Shown: piece by piece, positions 31,789-41,081 of the stretch
Layout: each line of letters starts with the position of its first letter
How positions within the stretch are numbered: position 1 is the stretch's first letter
Made by a program: the position numbers and the translations under genes
Assembly: GCA_020444265.1 (NCBI GenBank)
Contig: JAHLLH010000013.1
Span: forward strand, 13,340-77,339
DNA length: 64,000 nt
Origin: a bacterium
Lineage (GTDB): Bacteria; Electryoneota; Electryoneia; Electryoneales; Electryoneaceae
Direction: 5' to 3'
The notes under the pieces: generated by a model
Told to the model about the DNA's origin: nothing
Databases searched by the model: none
Seen by the model: the letters and a program-made list of their open reading frames with translations, nothing else

Positions 31789-34764
31789 TTATGTCTTTTC
31801 ATCGGTTCCTTCGCTGGTTTCCTGCTGGTCTAATCCTGCATCGAGTTGCTGCTCTTCGCTGCTCAATTCCAGGATTTTCATCCCTGCCGCATAATCCGCT
31901 TCACGTACCTCGGTGATATTGAGCAGACGACGCACGAGACTCTTCATCCTTTGGATGGTCTTCGGAATCCGATTGAGCTGATCCGCGATTTCCTTCGGAG
32001 CGGAGTCACGCATCTGACGTTCGTACAAATCGTAGACGCCACTTATAATCGCCAGAGGATTGTTGAATTCATGCGCCACCGATGCGGCCATCTGCTGTGC
32101 AGTGCGCAATCGTTCCGACTCGAGCTGCATCTCCCGGCTCGCGTGAAGCTGCTTGAGGGCGGTTTCCAGCTCACGAGTTCGCTCCTGGACTTTCCTCTCC
32201 AGTTGACGGTTCGCCCGCCGCATGGTTAAGACCTGTAACAGGTTGAAACCAAGGAAGAGTCCGAGAACAAAGAGGGCGACCAGCACACCGAACCACCAGG
32301 TACGGTACCAAGGCGGTGTAATCACCAGCGCCACTTCTGCTCCAGTCTGGTTCCAGACACCATCATTGTTGGAGCCACGAACCCGGAAGGTGTAGCGGCC
32401 AGGATTCAAGTTGGTGTAACTGACAAAACGACGATTCCCGCTGAACACCCAATCATCATTAAACCCATCGAGCATGTAAGCATACTCATTCTTTTCAGGA
32501 TTCGTATAGTTGAGCGCGGCAAATTCGAAGGCGAGCAGGTTCTTCGAGTAGGGAAGGGTGATCGTCTGATCCCCTTGTCGGGCTGAATTGTAAGGGATCT
32601 TTCGATCAAATGTGTTGATCGCGGTAATCTCAACCGGCGGGATGTAGGTATTCTCTTCGATGTGGTGCGGGTAAAAACTGTTCAAGCCGTATAGCCCGCC
32701 GAAAAAGAGTTCCCCATCTTTTGCGCGGTAGTAAGCGGACTGGTTAAACTCATTACTCTGCAGTCCATCATTCGCATTGTAGTTCCGGAAAGTGAGATTT
32801 TCAGGATTAAACCTGCAGAGCCCATTGTTCGTACTGAGCCAGAGGTTGCCCGCATCATCCGGCAGAATTCCATAGATGACATCATTAGGAAGACCATCCT
32901 GCATGTAGAATGAAGTGAAACTTTGGTCCTCAGGATTGTAACGATTCAGACCACCAGGTGTGCCAACCCAAATTCTCCCTTCCAGGTCTTCTTGTACGCT
33001 CAGCACCACATTGTGGCTCAAAGAAGCCGGATCATCCTCAGCGTGAACATAGGTTTCCACCTCCCCTTCACCACCGTCGGTATTGTGACGCGACAATCCA
33101 CCACCGCGCGTCCCGATCCAGATATTATTCTGGCTGTCATGGTAAATGACGGTGATAATGTTACGGTTCATCGTGGTGGGATCACCGGTATTTCGACGGA
33201 TATGGGTAAGCGTCCCCTTCTCCGTATTGATGATATCCAACCCGCTGCCGCCGGTACCGATGTAGAGACGGCCATCTTCATCTTCAAAAATGACACGGAC
33301 CCAATCATCCGACAGACGATCCTCTTCGTACCGAGTGAAGGTGCCGGCTCGTTCGTTCATCAGGCAGAGACCACCGCCACGAGTGCCGACCCAGAGTCGT
33401 CCTTTTCCATCACGATGGATTGCTCGAATACGGTCGCTGCTGATGGAACGTGGATTATCAGGTTTGTGACGGTAGTGGGTGACAATTCCGCGTGCACGAT
33501 CCACACGGTTCAAACCACCCATTTCGGTTCCGACCCAGAGGATGCCATCATCATCAATGTAGACGGCACGCACGTCACTCTGGCTTAATGAGTTTGGGTT
33601 GCTGGGAATCGAACGAAGCAGATTGAACCTGTTGCGTGCTCGGTCAAAACGAGATACTCCGCCGCCATTTGTCCCGATCCAAACACCACCTGAACGATCT
33701 TCGTAAAGACTCCAGATCAGGTCGTAGGCAATGCTGGAGGGATCAACTGGATTATGGCGAAAATGGTCGAAAGTACCTTGTTCGGGATTGTAACGGTCCA
33801 GACCATTTCCTTCCAATCCAACCCAGAGAGTTCCTTCGTGATCGAAGAGTAGCGCCGCAACTGCTCCTTCGCTTATTCCGTCACTACGTCCGGAGTGATA
33901 GCAGTAGGTATGCTTGACACGGAGGGATGCATCCAGACAGTTCAGGCCTTCTTGCGTACCTATCCAGAGTTCGCCTTCTTTTCCTTCTGTAAGGCTGAGG
34001 ATGTGGTCGGAATTCAATCCCAGCGTTTGCTTCCCCTGGGTGCTTGTATGATGAAAAGCTCCCAGTGCAGGATCCCAGCGATCAAGACCACCGCCGAAGG
34101 TGCCGACCCAGATCCAGCCATTACTATCCTGAAGCAAAGAGGTGATAAAATCGCTGGCGACGCTCCCCGGATCCTCAGGATCATGGCGCAAATGCTCGAT
34201 AGATCCAGTCAGTGGATCAAGACGATCGAGCCCACCACCGAAGGTGCCAATCCAGATTCGACCCTCGTTGTCTTCGAGCAGGGCACGTACTTCGTTATGA
34301 CTGATAGTAGAAGGGTTGCCCTCTTCATGGACATAGCGATAGAAGCGGTCTTCTTCGGGACGGTAGCAGCTCACTCCACCCTGGTAGGTCCCCGCCCAGA
34401 TCCAACCGCGACCGTCCTCGAGTAGCGTATAAACCCAGTTGCCACTCAACGTGGTCGAATCGCCAGCGACAGGTTTGTGCGTAGTAAACGAGTAGCCATC
34501 ATAAACATTGATACCATCCTGAGTTCCGAACCACATGAAACCACGCTGGTCCTGGAGGATGGCATTCACAGAATTCTGGCTGAGACCATCATTGCTGGTC
34601 AGCCTGTCAAAACGGAGATAGGAAAAACGGGAGGATATGCCATGGCCGTATCCGGGCATGATGGCAAACAGAGCGAGGCAGAGGACAATCAGTACTGCCC
34701 GGCGCAACCCTCGGTCATGTTTACCCACTGGCAAAATCCTCTGCAACGCTGCATCTGTTTCCAT
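31789..34764 (-). CDS. Membrane sensor (double beta-propeller + Y_Y_Y, TM, HisKA) with no HATPase domain
   Basis: Many WIGTxGGGL propeller repeats, YTNLNPGRYTFRVRGSN, TM, AHEFNNPL H-box. The protein ends about 90 aa after the His with no N/G1/F/G2 boxes. Confidence 0.9.
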   Translation of the reverse strand: METDAALQRILPVGKHDRGLRRAVLIVLCLALFAIMPGYGHGISSRFSYLRFDRLTSNDGLSQNSVNAILQDQRGFMWFGTQDGINVYDGYSFTTHKPVAGDSTTLSGNWVYTLLEDGRGWIWAGTYQGGVSCYRPEEDRFYRYVHEEGNPSTISHNEVRALLEDNEGRIWIGTFGGGLDRLDPLTGSIEHLRHDPEDPGSVASDFITSLLQDSNGWIWVGTFGGGLDRWDPALGAFHHTSTQGKQTLGLNSDHILSLTEGKEGELWIGTQEGLNCLDASLRVKHTYCYHSGRSDGISEGAVAALLFDHEGTLWVGLEGNGLDRYNPEQGTFDHFRHNPVDPSSIAYDLIWSLYEDRSGGVWIGTNGGGVSRFDRARNRFNLLRSIPSNPNSLSQSDVRAVYIDDDGILWVGTEMGGLNRVDRARGIVTHYRHKPDNPRSISSDRIRAIHRDGKGRLWVGTRGGGLCLMNERAGTFTRYEEDRLSDDWVRVIFEDEDGRLYIGTGGSGLDIINTEKGTLTHIRRNTGDPTTMNRNIITVIYHDSQNNIWIGTRGGGLSRHNTDGGEGEVETYVHAEDDPASLSHNVVLSVQEDLEGRIWVGTPGGLNRYNPEDQSFTSFYMQDGLPNDVIYGILPDDAGNLWLSTNNGLCRFNPENLTFRNYNANDGLQSNEFNQSAYYRAKDGELFFGGLYGLNSFYPHHIEENTYIPPVEITAINTFDRKIPYNSARQGDQTITLPYSKNLLAFEFAALNYTNPEKNEYAYMLDGFNDDWVFSGNRRFVSYTNLNPGRYTFRVRGSNNDGVWNQTGAEVALVITPPWYRTWWFGVLVALFVLGLFLGFNLLQVLTMRRANRQLERKVQERTRELETALKQLHASREMQLESERLRTAQQMAASVAHEFNNPLAIISGVYDLYERQMRDSAPKEIADQLNRIPKTIQRMKSLVRRLLNITEVREADYAAGMKILELSSEEQQLDAGLDQQETSEGTDEKT

Positions 34765-34911
34765 GATTCATTCAGACCTTCCAAGGTAGCGAACCAATAT
34801 CCAAAATTCCAGAAAAAGCAAATGTTGCCATACGCGAAACCGGGGACTCGCCTCACCCACTTGCCTCTGCCCCCACCATGCGACCATCTTCCCGCCTTGA
34901 AAGGGGACTTC

Positions 34912-35637
34912 ATGCCAGCCAGGGACCAACATACACTCCCTCTCCATTTTGAGGAACCATGCGACAAGGATCAGCTTGCCAGCAGGTTGACGCATCGGAT
35001 CGGAAAAGATGTCCACCTCACCCTGACACGGAACCGTGTTTCGATGGTCCATTTCCGTCACGAAGCGAAGCAGGTTCGGATTCGACTACACCGAAACATG
35101 TGCCACATGCCTGACGAGGTTTTGAACTCCTTGGCTGGCTGGATCCGTAAACCTGGAAAGAGTGGAGCCCCCGATCTGGTGCGTACCTACATCCGTTCCC
35201 TGCCTGCAGAAGAGCAACCGACACGCCGGAGACGTCCCGCCCAACTTGTACAGCAGGGAGATGTGCATGATCTCGGCTCTATCGCCCAGAGGGTCAACCA
35301 GGAACAGTTCAATGGATCGGTCACTGCTGGAGTATCCTGGGGTCGGGACACGTCCCGCACACCTGTTCGAGTGCGACGGATCGGATCCTATCACCGCGAC
35401 AGCAACACGATCACTATCCATCCGGTGCTCGATGATGTCCGAGTCCCGGAAGCGATTGTAGCCTTCACTATTTTCCACGAAATGCTGCATGCCCTGCAAC
35501 CAGCCACCCAGAAACGTCACCATGACAAGGCCTTCCGCCAGGCGGAGCAGGCCCACCCAGACTACGATTCCGTGCAACGCTGGATGAAGAAGCATAGCCG
35601 TCTGATGAACGGTGGCCACGGACGCAAACTCTCCTGA
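34912..35637 (+). CDS. SprT/YgjP-like zinc metalloprotease
   Basis: IFHEMLHAL HExxH motif with HHDKAF third-ligand motif; AAGGGGA RBS before MPARDQ. Confidence 0.75.
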   Translation: MPARDQHTLPLHFEEPCDKDQLASRLTHRIGKDVHLTLTRNRVSMVHFRHEAKQVRIRLHRNMCHMPDEVLNSLAGWIRKPGKSGAPDLVRTYIRSLPAEEQPTRRRRPAQLVQQGDVHDLGSIAQRVNQEQFNGSVTAGVSWGRDTSRTPVRVRRIGSYHRDSNTITIHPVLDDVRVPEAIVAFTIFHEMLHALQPATQKRHHDKAFRQAEQAHPDYDSVQRWMKKHSRLMNGGHGRKLS

Positions 35638-35735
35638 CTCAACTGATTTCCAATGCTTTCCCCTCTATCCCCCTTGCCTTTTCTGCCAATACTCTGCTAC
35701 GATGCAGACAACGGTGTAGCTGGCGGGAGGTCCAG

Positions 35736-36620
35736 GTGGGGAATCAGAAAAATCCGAGTAAACAAGCTTTGAAGAAGCGTGGCAATACGACCACCAGGAA
35801 GACCTCCCGCAACGGAGAGGTGGCGCTGCACGCTCCCAGTGAAAAGCTGAAGAAGAAGGTCTACGAAAAAGAACTGGCCCGTCTCCAGATCGAACTCGTC
35901 AAACTGCAATACTGGATCAAGGAGAAGGGACTGCGAGTCGTCATCCTCTTCGAAGGTCGTGATGCTGCCGGTAAGGGCGGCACGATCAAACGCATTGTTG
36001 AGCCACTTAACCCTCGCGGCGCACGCATTGTCGCCCTCGACAAACCCTCGGACCGTGAAAAAACCCAATGGTATTTCCAACGGTACATCGCTCACCTCCC
36101 CTCCGCAGGCGAGATGGTTTTTCTCGACCGCTCCTGGTACAACCGTGCGGGTGTCGAACGAGTGATGGGGTTTTGCACCGATGATGAATACCGTGAGTTT
36201 ATGCGCTCCTGTCCCGAGTTTGAACGGATGATCGTGCGCAGTGGTATCACACTGATCAAGTACTGGTTTTCGGTGAGTGACGAGGAGCAGGAACGTCGCT
36301 TTCAGGCACGGCTGGAAGATCCCACCAAGCGGTGGAAGCTGTCGCCGATGGACCTGGCAAGCCGTGAAAAGTGGGTTGAGTATTCGAAGGCGAAGGACGA
36401 GATGTTCTTCTATACGGATATCGAGGAGGCGCGCTGGTACGATGTGCCTTCGGATGACAAAAAACGGGCACGTCTGAATACCATCCGTCACCTGCTGTCG
36501 GTCATCCCTTACCAGGATCTGACCCCGGAACCGATCGAACTACCGGATCGACCGGCGGAGCGGGAAAGCTACAAACGCCCCCCACTGGACAAGTTTATCA
36601 CCATTCCGAACCATTACTGA
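35736..36620 (+). CDS. ppk2: Polyphosphate kinase 2
   Basis: FEGRDAAGKGGTIKR Walker A, FLDRSWYNRAGVERVMGF, RWKLSPMD lid; GGAGG RBS before GTG. Confidence 0.96.
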   Translation: MGNQKNPSKQALKKRGNTTTRKTSRNGEVALHAPSEKLKKKVYEKELARLQIELVKLQYWIKEKGLRVVILFEGRDAAGKGGTIKRIVEPLNPRGARIVALDKPSDREKTQWYFQRYIAHLPSAGEMVFLDRSWYNRAGVERVMGFCTDDEYREFMRSCPEFERMIVRSGITLIKYWFSVSDEEQERRFQARLEDPTKRWKLSPMDLASREKWVEYSKAKDEMFFYTDIEEARWYDVPSDDKKRARLNTIRHLLSVIPYQDLTPEPIELPDRPAERESYKRPPLDKFITIPNHY

Positions 36621-36635
36621 CAAGGTGATGGTCGA

Positions 36636-36799
36636 CGTCATTGCGAGGAATCAGGCAAAGCGAAACGTCGCCTGATGACGTGGCAATCCGGGTTGTTTTA
36701 CGGTGTCGCAGATACTGTTCCTTCTCACCCTGTTTGGGGGCTGACGCCCCAAATTCGACACAGATGGCCGCACAACGCTTTGCTTCGTTCGCAATGACG
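36636..36799. repeat. REP/MITE-like palindromic element (GTCATTGCGAG...TCGCAATGAC type)
   Basis: 11-bp terminal inverted repeats CGTCATTGCGA/TCGCAATGACG; internal TCAGGC...GCCTGA hairpin and CGTGGCAATCC motif; sits between convergent genes. Confidence 0.7.
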
Positions 36800-36824
36800 A
36801 AATAGGGTAATACCTGATTTTCGC

Positions 36825-36857
36825 AAAACAAAAACCCGGCTTGCAAGACAAGCCGGG
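36825..36857 (-). terminator. Intrinsic terminator of the transglutaminase-like gene
   Basis: CCCGGCTTG/CAAGCCGGG stem with TTTTTGTTTT on the minus strand. Confidence 0.8.
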
Positions 36858-36885
36858 GCACGAAAACAGCTCACATGGTCCCACC

Positions 36886-39333
36886 TTAGCGCAACGTATT
36901 CCTTAACCGACTTGGCAGGTTGAGATCATATCCCGCCTGGCTGAAGAGTAGCTTGCCCTCTTCATCGAAGTAGTAGACAAAAGGCGCGCCCTCATCGGTG
37001 CGATCCTCCAGGCCGAGTCGGGTTCGGTCGCCTTCGCTCAGTTTGTCGAGACCCTCGATATACCCGACATGCAACCCCTTCATGGTTATCTCATCCACCA
37101 GCCCGCGTGTGCGCTTCGAGGGTTCATTGTCTCCCAGAACGATCAGCAGGTGAGTGGTGCCCCGTTTCGGCTGCCAGTCGAGATCGGCAAGGCTGACTTC
37201 AAAGCCACGTGAGGAGGGCGGTTCTGGCGGTGGGGTGATGTCCAGCTTGATAGTCTGGATTTGCTCACTTGCCAGTTCCACCTGCTGTACTTGCATCGCC
37301 ACATCACCACGGCCATTGCGACGCCCGGCAAAAAGCAGGTAACTGCCCGGAGCAACCGTCACCACCGTACTCGACTCCTCTTCCTTCAGCTCGACAGGGT
37401 TATCCGACCGATAATCTGCGAGCCCCTTCTCCCCGATCGGAAGCAGCAGGAATTCGGAATACCACGATGGCGCACTGGTTGATTCGGCCCACTGTACGAT
37501 CACCATCGCAGGCTCCTCATAATGCGCTGCAACATCTGGAAGAGCATTCAGATCACCCAACTTTTCCGCTTGATCCGGTAAGAGAGGTAACCATGAACCG
37601 TTAAAATGGAATTCGAGCCACTCGCTGAAGGGCTGGCAGCGGGCCGGGATGCCTGCGCGACGCATCCGGTCGGTCCACCAGATGGTGGCACTCGCCTTGC
37701 TCACATGGACTCCATCGGCCAGCATGTGGTCAATGGTCACTGGCGGTAACGGACGTTGACGCGCTTCATCGTCCACAAAATCCGAATAGGCCGCAACATC
37801 CGCACGAATTTCATCCAGTGAAGCGTAGCTCGGCGATTCGGTCACGTAATCGGCAGGCAGACCGGTGCCGGGATATTCATAAGCAATCTGCGGGTCGAGG
37901 ACGTAGGGTTTCAGCTCATCTTCGCCCTCGAATCCAATCGGTGTTCGCGCCAACCAGCGATTCAGTACCTCGGGTGACACATCACGCAGATCTTTATCCG
38001 AGAGATTGGAGACGATAAAAACTGCTGTTTCCCGTTTTCCCTCGGGCTGGTCGAGGACACCATCCAAGATGGTTGCCTCGTTGCCAGGAGCCCGTTTCAG
38101 CGTCGCCAACAGATCGGCACCCCAGGCAGGGCTCGTTTCGGCAATCCAACGATCCAGCCATTCGCTGTCCCAACTACGATTGGCGTCGCGTTCCCGTCGC
38201 TTCCAGTTCCCCAAATCAATACGGTGCTGGGGAAGGATTTCTGGTCCACGCTCTCGATCAACTGGAGGCCAGGGGTAACTCAGGGTGAAAACCTGCGGGA
38301 CAGATGCTTCGGTATCAAGCGAAAGATGGGTTTCCCGACCGATCTGGGTGGTGAAGGATTGGAAGAAGAGCTCGCCCTTGTAGAGCCCCATAAGCAGGAA
38401 ATCGCCCTGCCCCATTTCAAGGGTGGCAACTCCTTCTTTCGGAACCAGCTCGACTATCGGACGAACCGCGCCAAAATTGAACAACGAGAACCAGACACGG
38501 TCTTCTTCGCCCCAATCCTCAGGCACATCGACCACAAGCTGTGCGGGGGAGACATAGTTACGAGTCACATTGATCGCAAACGATGACCCGATTTTCACTG
38601 CATCGGGATCATCTGCGGAAACCATCTTTCCGCGACTCAACAGCACACTGGCGCGAAGTACCGGATCGTCAAACCATGCCTGGTTCAAGCGTGGTGCCGG
38701 TTCGCATGCGCCCATGTACTTCCATCCCTCTTCCGTGTAGACCTCGATCCAGGCATGGTTATTATCCGAATGGGACCAGAACGGGACATACACCCCGCGC
38801 GCCGGGATGCCAACCGAACGCATCGCGTCAATTGCAACAATCATCATCTCGCCACATCGTCCGAATCCGCAGGAGAGGGTGGTCAAGGGACCCTGGTCTC
38901 GCCAATCGGTCGACTGGAACCCGACACGTTCTCCCAGCCACAGGTTTACCTCCAGTGCGGCGCGTGAAAGGCAGGAAATGGTATCGATCCGTGCCCCGAT
39001 CTCGTCCATGAATTGCCTGCGATAGGGCTGCAAGGGTTCATCATCAACACGCAATGGCAGGACATATCGACGGTAGATCTCGTCCGAATAGCTTTCTCCC
39101 CACGGGAATGCATGCTTCACCTCGAGGGCGGCGCGGAACCCATCGAGCAGCATGTCGGTGTCCGCTTCATACCAGTCGGCAGCGGTAAGTGCATCTGCAA
39201 AATGGACCGCCTCAACCGGATCGATTTCTTCTGCCTGGTCGAGGAACCGCTCTCGCCCGCTTGGTTGTTCAGCAAAGGATATCTGTGTCAGCAGCAGCAC
39301 CAACAGCAGGGTCGGCAGTGTGCGTCGAATCAT
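36886..39333 (-). CDS. Secreted transglutaminase-like (papain-fold) protein
   Basis: Signal peptide MIRRTLPTLLLVLLL; YVLPLRVDDEPL, GRCGE catalytic Cys, NHAWIEVY, MGACEP; a second degenerate repeat (RRAGIPAR...WLEF). Confidence 0.85.
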   Translation of the reverse strand: MIRRTLPTLLLVLLLTQISFAEQPSGRERFLDQAEEIDPVEAVHFADALTAADWYEADTDMLLDGFRAALEVKHAFPWGESYSDEIYRRYVLPLRVDDEPLQPYRRQFMDEIGARIDTISCLSRAALEVNLWLGERVGFQSTDWRDQGPLTTLSCGFGRCGEMMIVAIDAMRSVGIPARGVYVPFWSHSDNNHAWIEVYTEEGWKYMGACEPAPRLNQAWFDDPVLRASVLLSRGKMVSADDPDAVKIGSSFAINVTRNYVSPAQLVVDVPEDWGEEDRVWFSLFNFGAVRPIVELVPKEGVATLEMGQGDFLLMGLYKGELFFQSFTTQIGRETHLSLDTEASVPQVFTLSYPWPPVDRERGPEILPQHRIDLGNWKRRERDANRSWDSEWLDRWIAETSPAWGADLLATLKRAPGNEATILDGVLDQPEGKRETAVFIVSNLSDKDLRDVSPEVLNRWLARTPIGFEGEDELKPYVLDPQIAYEYPGTGLPADYVTESPSYASLDEIRADVAAYSDFVDDEARQRPLPPVTIDHMLADGVHVSKASATIWWTDRMRRAGIPARCQPFSEWLEFHFNGSWLPLLPDQAEKLGDLNALPDVAAHYEEPAMVIVQWAESTSAPSWYSEFLLLPIGEKGLADYRSDNPVELKEEESSTVVTVAPGSYLLFAGRRNGRGDVAMQVQQVELASEQIQTIKLDITPPPEPPSSRGFEVSLADLDWQPKRGTTHLLIVLGDNEPSKRTRGLVDEITMKGLHVGYIEGLDKLSEGDRTRLGLEDRTDEGAPFVYYFDEEGKLLFSQAGYDLNLPSRLRNTLR

Positions 39334-39579
39334 GATCCACTCCAGAAAAGGCTTTCTATGGGAAGCTGGGCTGAAAGGCACAGCTTTGGAATATAGGCCC
39401 AACGTCAAAGAGTGCAAGGATGCTGCTCGAGCGGATGCTACCCTTCAAACGAGACAAATCTGCCTTTCCCCCTGACTTCCATCCGAAATCATGTTATACT
39501 TCGCGAAGTTTAAAGAAGTGAACAAAGAAGCGGGGCATGAACGGTCATGTCCCAACGATTGTCTAAGGATTAAAACGGC

Positions 39580-41043
39580 ATGACAGACGATTTACAGCCG
39601 GGCAAGCCGATTGAGCAGCCCGAAGATGCCCTCGCCCCGATCACACGAGACCAACTGCCAGACAGCTACAATGAGGCTCTGAAACGTGCCAACTGGCCGG
39701 ACTTGATGCCGGTGCAGGCACGTACGATCCCCTATGTCCACAGCAAACGGGACATGATGATCCAGTCGAGGACCGGCTCAGGAAAAACAGGAGCCTTCGT
39801 CCTTCCGATGTTGGAGATCATCGATCCCACCGAAGCGAGCTGTCAGGCATTGGTCATGGTCCCGACACGAGAACTGGCGAAGCAGGTCGCCAGCGAGGCC
39901 CAACTCCTGCTGAAGGATGTCGGCATTCGAACCGTCGAAGTGTATGGCGGTGTCGGCTACAAAGCCCAACTCGATGGATTCCGCGCCGGGGCACACCTGG
40001 TTGTCGGTACGCCGGGTCGTATTCTAGACCATTTGCTTCGCGGCAATTTGTCCCTGGAGCACCTGCGGTTGCTGGTCTTCGATGAAGCGGATCGAATGCT
40101 CTCGATGGGGTTCTACCCGGACATGCGCGAGATGCAGCGCTACCTGCCTCGCCACCCTATTCAGGGTTACATGTTCTCTGCGACCTACCCGCCACGTGTC
40201 CGCAGCCTGGCGCAGCAGTTCCTGACCAAGCCTGGTTTCCTCAGCCTCAGCAGCGACAACATTCTTGTTGTCGAGACCGAGCACCGCTACACGATTGTCC
40301 CGGAGAGCGACCGGGATCGTGCGCTGGTCCGTCTCATCGAAATTGAGAACCCCACTTCCGCCCTGATCTTCTGCAACACGAAGGACAAGGTGCATTATGT
40401 GGCGACGGTGCTGAAACGGTTCGGCTATGACGCAGCAGAATTGTCGGCAGATGTCTCCCAGGCGGAACGTGAAAAGGTGATGGAACGTGCCAAACAGGGC
40501 ACCTTGCGCTTCCTGGTCGCCACCGACGTCGCGGAACGTGGGATCGATATCCACGAACTGTCGCACGTAATCCAGTTCGAGCTGCCGGACGATCCGGAAA
40601 CGTATGTCCATCGTGCGGGCCGAACGGGCCGTGCAGGGGCAAGTGGTGTGGTTATCACCCTTCTGACCCAGCTCGAGATGCGTCAATTGAAGTCCCTCGC
40701 CAAGCGGTTCAAGGTGACCATGATCGAGAAACCCTTGCCCAGCGAAGAGCAGCTGCGAGAGGTGGTCGCGGAACGCACCACGACTCTGCTCGAAGCGAAG
40801 ATGCGCGCCCGGGACCGTCTCAAGGTCGAGCGCATGGAACGTTTCTATCCTCTCGTACGCGCCTTGGCAGGCAGCGATGAAGAGCTCCCGCTGCTGGCGA
40901 TGCTGCTGGACGACTACTACCAGAACGAAGTCCATGCGCCGAAAGTGCCCTACGTCGATGAGCCAAGCAGCTACAAACCTGGCGGAGGACAAGGCGACAA
41001 GCCGAAGGGACATGGGCGTGGACGCGGAAAGCGTCGCCGCTGA
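39580..41043 (+). CDS. DEAD-box ATP-dependent RNA helicase
   Basis: SRTGSGKT, PTRELA, TPGR, DEAD, SAT, HRAGRTGR motifs; basic C-terminal tail. Confidence 0.96.
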   Translation: MTDDLQPGKPIEQPEDALAPITRDQLPDSYNEALKRANWPDLMPVQARTIPYVHSKRDMMIQSRTGSGKTGAFVLPMLEIIDPTEASCQALVMVPTRELAKQVASEAQLLLKDVGIRTVEVYGGVGYKAQLDGFRAGAHLVVGTPGRILDHLLRGNLSLEHLRLLVFDEADRMLSMGFYPDMREMQRYLPRHPIQGYMFSATYPPRVRSLAQQFLTKPGFLSLSSDNILVVETEHRYTIVPESDRDRALVRLIEIENPTSALIFCNTKDKVHYVATVLKRFGYDAAELSADVSQAEREKVMERAKQGTLRFLVATDVAERGIDIHELSHVIQFELPDDPETYVHRAGRTGRAGASGVVITLLTQLEMRQLKSLAKRFKVTMIEKPLPSEEQLREVVAERTTTLLEAKMRARDRLKVERMERFYPLVRALAGSDEELPLLAMLLDDYYQNEVHAPKVPYVDEPSSYKPGGGQGDKPKGHGRGRGKRRR

Positions 41044-41081
41044 CAAGACTGTTTCCAGTAAGACGTTTGAAAGGATAAAAA

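Noticed and set aside
32640-34620. Repetitive sequence in the propeller sensor as a possible CRISPR or tandem array
   Set aside because: The repeats are degenerate protein-level propeller blades, with no identical DNA repeats separated by spacers.
34477-34911. N-terminal extension of the SprT-like ORF overlapping the sensor gene
   Set aside because: A good RBS and ATG at 34912 remove the overlap, and the extension looks non-protein-like.
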